A stretch of 64,000 nucleotides of DNA from assembly GCA_964491115.1 (NCBI GenBank), contig CAZBEW010000002.1, forward strand, positions 64,062-128,061, read 5' to 3'. This document shows, piece after piece, positions 29,544 through 36,878 of the stretch. Positions within the stretch are counted from its first letter, which is position 1; each line of letters opens with the position of its first letter. Source of the DNA: an uncultured Pseudomonadales bacterium (GTDB lineage: Bacteria > Patescibacteriota > Microgenomatia > UBA1400 > PJMF01). Position numbers and translations under genes: made by a program. The notes below the pieces were generated by a model. That model ran no database searches. It was not told the origin of the DNA and saw only the letters and a list, made by a program, of their open reading frames with translations.

Positions 29544-30677
29544 CTATGGCTGATTATAATTGCTTTCTTTAGACAAATCAGCTTGAAAAGTAACCAGTGG
29601 CCAAATGATCGGATAGCCCTCGTCATCTTTGTAACCAAAAATATGTGGATCACCAGTTTTTCTAAATTCGATTAGCTGTTCTTTAGTGTAGCGAGGGGGC
29701 TCTCCAATCATACAATCATTATTAGCATAGTCTGGGTCATCTACCGAAGCGGTAAAGAATTTAATAAAACTACCAGTGCCGTGATGGTTTTCATAGCCGT
29801 CGTTAATTACAATCCAATAGTTAATGGCTGGTCGAATAAAATTACCATTTTTATCAAGTTTATATAAATTATTTTCATCGCGAGGGAATAGTCGATCAGC
29901 ATCTTTAACATTTTGACCTGACTGAACAGATGCAGCTTTAGCCCACATTAAATAGTTTTCTTCATGAAAAGCCACCACTGGTAATTTGGCTATTTGCCAG
30001 TTACCTGCCACATCTTTAAAAGCCACTTTCACAAAAGCCATTAGTTTCCAACCACCATCAGTGGGTATCGCTTGCTCTAACTCTTGTGGATTTTTAATTG
30101 CTTCTTCTAAGCCAATCACTACGGTGGTCACCCAATTTTCTCCTTCTCTACCAAAATTTTCATGATCAATGGAGTTTTGGATGACATCTAAAGCTAGGTG
30201 GCTGCTAGTCCACTCATCAGTGGAGCTAGCTAGATCGTCAAGATTAACGCCAGCTCTTAAAATTTCAGAGCGAATTTGGGCTTGAGTTAATTCTTTAGGA
30301 GCGGCAGTGGCCTCTGGTGTAGCTGTGTTTTCTGGTGTAGCCGTTGCCTCGGGCGTAGCCGTTGCTGTTTCGGTTGGCGTATTTTCTAAAGTCGGGCTGG
30401 CAATAACTGTTTCGCTGGCTTCGGGGCTAACAATAACAACATCGGTGCCCAAGTCAGGGCTTTCTTCTTCAGGAGTTGGCTCGGCATCGCCAATTGCTTG
30501 GGTAATGGCTGGCTTCGGTTCAGTAATGCCACTTTCAGGCACACAACCAGCTGCGAGCATGGTTGCGACAATGGCTGGCCCTAAGGCTTTATAAATTTGC
30601 CTTCTTACGCTATTCCACTTGTCATGTTGAGCTGCTTCTTTATTAACTCTATCTTTTTTTTGTTCAATATTTGCCAT
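29544..30677 (-). CDS. N-terminally anchored hypothetical surface protein with an Ala/Thr/Pro/Glu-rich linker
   Basis: A TM helix (ALGPAIVATMLAAGCVP), a repeated 'TPEATATPENTATPEATAAP' linker, and a roughly 230-aa globular C-terminal domain. Confidence 0.55.
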   Translation of the reverse strand: MANIEQKKDRVNKEAAQHDKWNSVRRQIYKALGPAIVATMLAAGCVPESGITEPKPAITQAIGDAEPTPEEESPDLGTDVVIVSPEASETVIASPTLENTPTETATATPEATATPENTATPEATAAPKELTQAQIRSEILRAGVNLDDLASSTDEWTSSHLALDVIQNSIDHENFGREGENWVTTVVIGLEEAIKNPQELEQAIPTDGGWKLMAFVKVAFKDVAGNWQIAKLPVVAFHEENYLMWAKAASVQSGQNVKDADRLFPRDENNLYKLDKNGNFIRPAINYWIVINDGYENHHGTGSFIKFFTASVDDPDYANNDCMIGEPPRYTKEQLIEFRKTGDPHIFGYKDDEGYPIIWPLVTFQADLSKESNYNQP

Positions 30678-30837
30678 ATATTTTTATTCCCTATCTATTA
30701 TTATAGGACTAGCTGATTAATTTAGCAAGAGCGAGCTTATTGGCAATTTTGCTTACCAGCTCTCCCCTTGCCTTTTTGCTGGCTTACCCTTAAAATAAAG
30801 CCCTTATTTATCAACATTTTTAAATAAAAAGGATCTC

Positions 30838-30996
30838 ATGGGAGCTTTACCAAAAAATAAAATCACTCGAGTTGAGCAAGGTAAGCGTCGAGCAGGTAAT
30901 AAACCAAATCTTAAAAAAGATATTAAACGCGCCTCTACCCCAGCCCACAAACAGGGTTTGACGGCTAGTATTTTTAAAAAATTAGGCATTAACTAA
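30838..30996 (+). CDS. rpmF: 50S ribosomal protein L32 (52 aa; the ORF is below the 60-aa cutoff of the supplied track)
   Basis: Hand translation gives MGALPKNKITRVEQGKRRAGNKPNL... This matches the L32 N-terminal consensus A-V/L-x-x-N-K-x-T-R-x-x-x-G-x-R-R-A/S (E. coli AVQQNKPTRSKRGMRRSH). It sits upstream of an ACP-like gene and rnc, as in the canonical rpmF-...-acpP-...-rnc neighbourhood. Confidence 0.55.
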   Translation: MGALPKNKITRVEQGKRRAGNKPNLKKDIKRASTPAHKQGLTASIFKKLGIN

Positions 30997-31084
30997 GTTT
31001 AATTGCTTGGCGAATCTGGCTCTTGAGTAAAAAGAAGGCAAATTCCCCCTTGCATCTTTAACTTTTTTCCCCTAATCTACTGTC

Positions 31085-31588
31085 ATGGATGAACGTCATA
31101 GTCGGCGCATTGAGCGCATGCAAATTTTGTTTGCTCGGACCTTTTTAAGGCCCCAGGATCCAGAAACGGAGCCAATGATTTTGGCTGTGCCTGATCGAGT
31201 CTGGTTTGCTGATTTGGTTGAGGAATTGCCAGATATCGACCAGCAACTGGCAGCCTATGCTCCAGAGCGACCGCTTTATGATATTAACAAAATTGATTTA
31301 GCTATTTTGCGTTTAATTGTTTTTGAAAGCCGAACTCAAGATACGCCTAAAAAAGTTTTGGTTGATGAAGCAATTGAATTAGCCAAAGAATTTGGCACCG
31401 ACAGTTCGCCAAAATTTATCAATGGAGTTTTGGGCAAAATTCTTTTTTTGCCAGAAACGCCGAAAACAAAGAAAGCAGCTAGCAAAAAAACTGCCAGCAA
31501 AAAAACAAAGAAAGTAGTCAATAAAAAAACTAAAAAAACGGCTAGTAAAAAGCCAAAAAAAGCCTTAAAAGTAGAGCAAAAAAGCTAG
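31085..31588 (+). CDS. nusB: Transcription antitermination factor NusB with a Lys-rich C-terminal tail
   Basis: 'DLAILRLIVFE' and 'DEAIELAKEFGTDSSPKFINGVLGKI' NusB blocks. The C-terminal approximately 45 aa read 'KTKKAASKKTASKKTKKVVNKKTKKTASKKPKK'. Confidence 0.75.
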   Translation: MDERHSRRIERMQILFARTFLRPQDPETEPMILAVPDRVWFADLVEELPDIDQQLAAYAPERPLYDINKIDLAILRLIVFESRTQDTPKKVLVDEAIELAKEFGTDSSPKFINGVLGKILFLPETPKTKKAASKKTASKKTKKVVNKKTKKTASKKPKKALKVEQKS

Positions 31589-31614
31589 TTTTTCATAGAA
31601 ATAGAAAGTAAATC

Positions 31615-31884
31615 ATGAATGTAGATTCGCAATTTTTTTCACAAGTCCAAGATTTATTGGAGACCATGACGGTTCTCAGTCGTCAAGAAATTAGGCCTGA
31701 GGCCAGTTTAGAAGAAGATTTGGGCTTAAATCTAGATGAAGATTTAACGCGCTTAGTTAGTTTAATCAATCGTCAGTTTGCCATCGAATTAGATCCAGAT
31801 GTAGTCATGGAAGAGCTAAGTGAAGCAGGTGCCACTGTTGCCGAGCTGGCTAAGCTAATTCACGACGAATACGAATTGGGTTAA
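31615..31884 (+). CDS. Acyl-carrier-protein-like protein lacking the phosphopantetheine-attachment serine
   Basis: Co-linear with ACP helices II-IV ('EEDLGLNLDEDLTRLVSLINRQFAIEL...'). The canonical 'DLGADSLD' serine position is occupied by Leu/Asn. Confidence 0.55.
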   Translation: MNVDSQFFSQVQDLLETMTVLSRQEIRPEASLEEDLGLNLDEDLTRLVSLINRQFAIELDPDVVMEELSEAGATVAELAKLIHDEYELG

Positions 31885-31897
31885 AATAGGCTTACTT

Positions 31898-32593
31898 ATG
31901 TTGCCAAAGTTTAATGATCCCCACTTATTAATGACGGCCCTAACTCATCGCAGTGCGCTGAATGAAAAAGAACAGTCTGGTACAGCAGCTAGCGAATCAA
32001 ATGAGCGCCTGGAATTTCTTGGTGATGCGGTGATTGAGTTGGCCAGTACCATTTTCCTTTATCAACAACGACCTAGTGATGCTGAGGGGATGTTAACCAC
32101 TTATCGTAGTGCTCTGGTGCGTACGGAGAGTTTGGCTGAATTGGCTAAAGAGTTGGGTTTAGATCAACAGATGTATCTCAGCAAAGGTGAAGAGGCTGGC
32201 GGCGGCCGTGATAATCCTAGTCTCTTGGCTGATGTGCTTGAAGCAGTGATTGGTGCGCTTTATTTGGATCAGGGCTATGCTGTAGTTGAGGAGTTTTTAG
32301 CTAAAGTCTTATTTCCCAAATTTAGTCATATTTTAAGCACTAAAGCTTATCGCGATCAGAAAAGTTTATTACAAGAAACTGTCCAAGCGCAATCCTTGCC
32401 GACACCAATTTACCGAGTAGTTAAGGAAGAAGGACCAGATCATCATAAAACTTTTACGGTTGAGGTATTAATTAATGACAAGGTCTGGGGCGTTGGGACG
32501 GGCAATAGCAAACAGCGAGCGCAGCAAGCGAGTGCGGCCATGGCTTTGCAAAAGCTAGCAGGTGAAGATGACTCGCACTCGATCTCTAGTTAG
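31898..32593 (+). CDS. rnc: Ribonuclease III
   Basis: 'ERLEFLGDAVIEL' catalytic signature and a C-terminal dsRBD (KTFTVEVLINDKVWGVGTGNSKQRAQQASA). Confidence 0.9.
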   Translation: MLPKFNDPHLLMTALTHRSALNEKEQSGTAASESNERLEFLGDAVIELASTIFLYQQRPSDAEGMLTTYRSALVRTESLAELAKELGLDQQMYLSKGEEAGGGRDNPSLLADVLEAVIGALYLDQGYAVVEEFLAKVLFPKFSHILSTKAYRDQKSLLQETVQAQSLPTPIYRVVKEEGPDHHKTFTVEVLINDKVWGVGTGNSKQRAQQASAAMALQKLAGEDDSHSISS

Positions 32594-32649
32594 CTTTTTC
32601 CGAAACTTGCCCTTGAGATATTTGTATTTTTCTTGTAGAATCCTCCGGT

Positions 32650-33162
32650 ATGTTGAAAATTAAATTAGCTCGTTTTGGTAAAAAAAATCAAGCCCATTAT
32701 CGTATTGTGGTAAATGAGGCACGCGATCGACGCGATGGTAAATATGTGGCCTTATTGGGTCATTATTCACCAACCTATCAACCTAAAGTTTTAGAACTCG
32801 ATCTAAAAGCTTATGAATCATGGATTAGTAAAGGCGCTCAGCCTACTGAAACGGTGGCAGCTCTTTATAAGCGAGTTAAGTCAGGCAAACTTTTCCCAGA
32901 AAAAAAAGCCAAATTATCTAAAAAAGCTCAAGCTAAATTGAAAGAAGCGGCAGAGGGCAAAAAAGAGAAAAAAGAAGAAGTTCAAGAAGTGGCAAAGCCA
33001 GCAGAAGCAGTCGCAGAAGCTCCAGCAGAAACTCCTGTGGAAACACCAGAGGTGGTTGAAACAGAAGCTCCCGCAGAAGCTCCAGTAGAAGCCGAGGTGG
33101 CACAAGAAGCTCCAGCCGCACCAGAAGCAGAAGCACCAGCTGAAACAGCAGAAAAAGCTTAA
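32650..33162 (+). CDS. rpsP: 30S ribosomal protein S16 with an approximately 90-aa Ala/Glu/Pro-rich C-terminal extension
   Basis: 'MLKIKLARFGKKNQAHYRIVVNEARDRRDGKYVALLGHYSP' is a canonical S16 N-terminus. The tail reads 'AEAPAETPVETPEVVETEAPAEAPVEAEV'. Confidence 0.85.
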   Translation: MLKIKLARFGKKNQAHYRIVVNEARDRRDGKYVALLGHYSPTYQPKVLELDLKAYESWISKGAQPTETVAALYKRVKSGKLFPEKKAKLSKKAQAKLKEAAEGKKEKKEEVQEVAKPAEAVAEAPAETPVETPEVVETEAPAEAPVEAEVAQEAPAAPEAEAPAETAEKA

Positions 33163-33170
33163 AGAAAAAA

Positions 33171-33419
33171 ATGCAAAGTTTATTAGAATTCATTTTACTT
33201 AGAATTATCAAGTTTCCTGAAGACCTAGCCATTGAAAAAAATGAAGAAGCTGGTTTTCAGAAGTATTTGATTAAGTTAAATGAAGAAGATTACGGACGAG
33301 TGATTGGTAAGGGTGGTAAAGTCATCAGAGCGATTCGCAAATTAGCTCAAGTGCGAGCGATTAAAGATCAGTTGCGCGTCAGGATTGAATTGGTCGAAGA
33401 TAAGCCCTTTACTGCTTAA
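33171..33419 (+). CDS. KH-domain RNA-binding protein (YlqC/UPF0109 family)
   Basis: 'GRVIGKGGKVIRAIRKLA' GxxG KH loop. The position directly after rpsP is the conserved one. Confidence 0.75.
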   Translation: MQSLLEFILLRIIKFPEDLAIEKNEEAGFQKYLIKLNEEDYGRVIGKGGKVIRAIRKLAQVRAIKDQLRVRIELVEDKPFTA

Positions 33420-33451
33420 TAATTGCGCTTAGTTGTCAGGGAAGTTGCTTT

Positions 33452-34351
33452 TCACTGCTCAATAATTTGCCCGGTTTCGTTAACAATTTCTCCAGTTTCC
33501 TCAATAATTTGTCCAGTTTCATCAACTGTTTGCCATTCAACTTGATCGGACTCGGTATCAGTGACTGTTAGTTGATTTTCTAATTCCTCAATACTCATCC
33601 CCTGAAGATTGAATAAATTACCTCGATCATTTTTAATGATTTCTTCTTGAGTGGGTAAGTTGTTTGGAATTAATTTTTTAATTTCTTCCAAAACAATTAA
33701 ATCTTCATCTTCGATTGGCGGTAAAGCTTCGGTTAAGGTTACAGTAATCGGTTGGGTAAAATAAAAAGTTTTTAGGGTAAGGTTGGCAGTTGTTTCTATT
33801 GCACTATCAGCATTCATTTGTTGATTGAGCGAAATGTTGGTGATGGTGCTAAGCGGTGTGACCAGTTCAATTAGATTCATAAAATTTTGCACATCAGCCA
33901 AGGTGCCAGAAACGGAAAATTCTAAAACTAATTCATCGTAGAATTGTTGTCTTCTGGTTCTAGCAACTAAAGTGCTATCGGTAGCGATTTCTCCAGGAGC
34001 AAGAGAAAAGTTTTTAATCAGAGTGTTGCTTTGTAGGGCCACGCTATTAAGATTGTTGAGTAGCTCTAATAATGGTTTATAAGATGGAAGAACGCTGTCA
34101 ATTTCGGTCATTTTATTGTATTCACCATCTATTGAAATGTTATTGAGCTCGTCAACTTTTGTTTGAAATTTCTCTAGTTCTAGATTGGTTTTTTCTAATT
34201 GTGCAAAAACACCTTTAACTGGTTCGATTTGTTTTAGAACAAGCATAAATAAGATGAAAATAGCCAAGACAAAGCACAAGATTGCCAAGACTAATTCCTT
34301 GCGAGTGTTCCAAATTAATCGATAGTTGAATTTTTCTTTGTTCTCTGCCAT
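33452..34351 (-). CDS. Type IV pilus assembly protein, PilO-like, with C-terminal ETGxI octapeptide repeats
   Basis: An N-terminal TM helix, then a coiled coil (LEKTNLELEKFQTKVDELNN). It is the last gene of the pilM-pilN operon. The tail reads 'VDETGQIIEETGEIVNETGQIIEQ'. Confidence 0.5.
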   Translation of the reverse strand: MAENKEKFNYRLIWNTRKELVLAILCFVLAIFILFMLVLKQIEPVKGVFAQLEKTNLELEKFQTKVDELNNISIDGEYNKMTEIDSVLPSYKPLLELLNNLNSVALQSNTLIKNFSLAPGEIATDSTLVARTRRQQFYDELVLEFSVSGTLADVQNFMNLIELVTPLSTITNISLNQQMNADSAIETTANLTLKTFYFTQPITVTLTEALPPIEDEDLIVLEEIKKLIPNNLPTQEEIIKNDRGNLFNLQGMSIEELENQLTVTDTESDQVEWQTVDETGQIIEETGEIVNETGQIIEQ

Positions 34352-35008
34352 TTAATTTAATTCCTCTATCAAGCTTTCTGATTCAAGATCATTGTTTATT
34401 TCTTGATCAAGATTGACATCAAATTCATCTTCTACTGGAGTAGCATCAAACAAACCCAAGTCTTCTACGGTTTTTAATTGAATTGTTAAATTTAATACAT
34501 AATTACCCTGATCTGCACGAGTTAAAGAACCCTTTTTGACATTTTTATAAGCTTCTTTGACTTGTGGAGAATCAAGGATGGCTGTGCTTTTTTCTAGAAA
34601 AAAAACGTTTTGATGATCTAAACTTAATGTTAATCCCCCGCTCTCTTCTTCGTAATTCATGGCAGTAATTGTTGCGACATCGCTCATTAAATCAGCAAAA
34701 TAATTCATTGCTGTTTGTTTGTCACTGCGTGAGGCGTAAATTTCTCCAACTGCTTTCAGTTTATTAACAAAAATTAGGTAAGATAACTCAACCGCTTCTT
34801 TTTCGACAATGGTTTGTTTTAAGCTAGTGATGTTTTTGTTTTTATCTTTAATTCTTAAATTAATTACTAGTTTTAAAGCAATAATGACTACTAGAATGCT
34901 GACGACCACTATTAAAACAATGCTGGATATTTTAAAGAGTTTTTTATCTTGTTCTCTTTGTTTTTGTTTATGTCTAGTTCGGCTAGACAAAAAGTTTATT
35001 TCTGTCAT
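34352..35008 (-). CDS. pilN: Type IV pilus assembly protein PilN-like (bitopic)
   Basis: A short cytoplasmic N-terminus, a single TM helix (ISSIVLIVVVSILVVIIALKLVI), a roughly 150-aa periplasmic domain, and a 4-nt overlap with pilM. Confidence 0.55.
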   Translation of the reverse strand: MTEINFLSSRTRHKQKQREQDKKLFKISSIVLIVVVSILVVIIALKLVINLRIKDKNKNITSLKQTIVEKEAVELSYLIFVNKLKAVGEIYASRSDKQTAMNYFADLMSDVATITAMNYEEESGGLTLSLDHQNVFFLEKSTAILDSPQVKEAYKNVKKGSLTRADQGNYVLNLTIQLKTVEDLGLFDATPVEDEFDVNLDQEINNDLESESLIEELN

Positions 35009-36015
35009 GATAATTTTCTCATTAACAGGCCCATACAGACGGTATAGTGCAAGTGTTTAGTTTCAGGAATTTGACCCTTTGCTGTCGCAAAAGGAGCCAT
35101 CATGATAACTTCAGCATTGACTTGTTGCGCCAGATATTGACCAAAACCAATCATTTCTGCTGGTCCTCCTGATAAAATTATTCGTTTGATTGTTTGGCCA
35201 GGATGTAATTGACTAAAATAATGCAGGGCTTTTTGAATTTCCACAACAACATTATTAACAATTGGCAGCATTACCTGCACCAATTTTCCCTCAAGTTGTT
35301 CTGCATTTAAGCCATAGTTAATTTTGTATTCTTCGGCTTGTTTGAGATCGAGACCAAAGCTTTGAGCAATAGAATTAGTGACCAATTGTGAGCCATTTTT
35401 ACTACTAAAGATGAAATCAAATAAGCCATTGGCTACCACTGCTAAGTCAAGATTGCTAGCTCCCATGTGAACAATCAGAGTTTCTGGATCGTCACTAGTT
35501 AATTGAAGAGCTCTAATAATTGAAAAGATTTGTGTTTCCATGATTGTTGGCTCAATGCCCAGGCTAAGAAAAACATCGTTTAATTTTTCAATAAAAGATC
35601 TGCGAGAAGCAACTAGCAAAACCTTCATTTTTGCCTCTGCATTTTTATTGTTTGGCCTAGCTAGAACCTGATATTCCAGCGATAAATCATCTTTTGGAAT
35701 GGGAATGTATTGTTCGGCTTGCCAACCAATAGCGCTGGCTAATTCAGCATTAGTTAGCACTGGTACTTCAATCACTTTATTGGCAATGACTGATTCGGGC
35801 AAGCTTAAGCGAACGTCGCTAGCATCAAGCTTGAAATCATTCATTAAGTTAGCAATCATTTCGCTAAATTGAGCGGTTTCTTGTTCGTTTTGCGGGATGA
35901 GGAGATTAAGTGTATTGGGAACGTCAACTGTTTGAAGCAATTGAATTTGTTTACCAGTTTTTGCCGAAATGGCTTTAATAGTATGAGTACCAATGTCTAG
36001 GGCAGTGATTGACAT
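35005..36015 (-). CDS. pilM: Type IV pilus assembly ATPase-fold protein PilM (actin/FtsA-like)
   Basis: 'ALDIGTHTIKAI' phosphate-1 motif, 'ILSGGPAEMIGFGQYL' adenosine motif, and a 336-aa length. Confidence 0.8.
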   Translation of the reverse strand: MSITALDIGTHTIKAISAKTGKQIQLLQTVDVPNTLNLLIPQNEQETAQFSEMIANLMNDFKLDASDVRLSLPESVIANKVIEVPVLTNAELASAIGWQAEQYIPIPKDDLSLEYQVLARPNNKNAEAKMKVLLVASRRSFIEKLNDVFLSLGIEPTIMETQIFSIIRALQLTSDDPETLIVHMGASNLDLAVVANGLFDFIFSSKNGSQLVTNSIAQSFGLDLKQAEEYKINYGLNAEQLEGKLVQVMLPIVNNVVVEIQKALHYFSQLHPGQTIKRIILSGGPAEMIGFGQYLAQQVNAEVIMMAPFATAKGQIPETKHLHYTVCMGLLMRKLS

Positions 36016-36027
36016 ATTGATTAGTTT

Positions 36028-36855
36028 CTATTTTACGATATTACCTCCGCTAAATAAAGCAAAGCTCATAAATCCTGGTGCGCTAGGCACACTTTTACTA
36101 ACTTTGATTGTTTTATTACTGACTGCATTGTCACTATCACTGGTTGCCCGAGATTCGATCTCATATTGGGTATTGGCAATCAGGCTAGCTGGGCCAGTGA
36201 TGTTAATATCTGTTGCAGAACCCAGTGGCTGAATTAATAAACTTGCATCGGTGGCAGCTGGTAATGCAAAACTATATCTATATTTAAATGTGTCAGAAGT
36301 GGCAGTGGCTCCTATAAAATTTTGTTGACTACTATGTAAACAATCGCTGTGAGCAAGTAAATAATAATTACTTTGATACTCACTGCCACTGCGGTGCAAC
36401 AGGGTTATTAATAAACCTATTTTATGAGTTGAGGAGCAGGCAGTTTTAGACCAATTAATTGTAATATTTCCACTAGTACCTGTTAAATCAATTTGCAAAC
36501 TTTCTCCCTGATTAATGTGACCTTCGTAAGCATTACTGTGGGTAATTGAAACTTGGTTTAAAGCCTCATTGACAACCGTTCCCACTGGCGGATTTGGTAT
36601 CGAGCCACTTTCATATTGAAAAATTTTGTTGAGAGCGGTGTCAACACCGGTTTCAGCGGTATTGAAAGTTCTAATTGAATCGCTACGATCTACAACAACC
36701 TTATTTTCTTGAACTACTCGATTAGCTACAGACAAACCAAAAGTTAGAACGGCAGCCGTGATCAATACCACGATAATGCCAATCTGACCACTCATCGGGC
36801 GGGAAGAAATTTTGGACATATTACTCATCATAAAGCAAAAAAGAAACAAGAACAA
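36028..36855 (-). CDS. N-terminally anchored hypothetical protein, first gene of the pilMNO operon (possible pilus-associated or PilX-like protein)
   Basis: A TM helix 'IGIIVVLITAAVLTFGLSVA' followed by a Ser/Thr/Asn-rich beta-type domain. No prepilin GF(T/S)LIE motif. Confidence 0.4.
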   Translation of the reverse strand: MFLFLFCFMMSNMSKISSRPMSGQIGIIVVLITAAVLTFGLSVANRVVQENKVVVDRSDSIRTFNTAETGVDTALNKIFQYESGSIPNPPVGTVVNEALNQVSITHSNAYEGHINQGESLQIDLTGTSGNITINWSKTACSSTHKIGLLITLLHRSGSEYQSNYYLLAHSDCLHSSQQNFIGATATSDTFKYRYSFALPAATDASLLIQPLGSATDINITGPASLIANTQYEIESRATSDSDNAVSNKTIKVSKSVPSAPGFMSFALFSGGNIVK

Positions 36856-36878
36856 GCGCTTTTTATTGTTTATTGTAC

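Noticed and set aside
30804-30989. 61-aa minus-strand ORF from the supplied track
   Set aside because: It overlaps the plus-strand 52-aa ORF, which matches the ribosomal protein L32 N-terminal consensus and sits in the conserved rpmF-ACP-rnc neighbourhood. The minus-strand ORF has no features.
32914-33232. Two minus-strand ORFs (63 aa and 99 aa) overlapping the rpsP C-terminal tail and the KH-protein gene
   Set aside because: Low-complexity antisense translation of the AEP-repeat coding region. The sense-strand genes are well supported.
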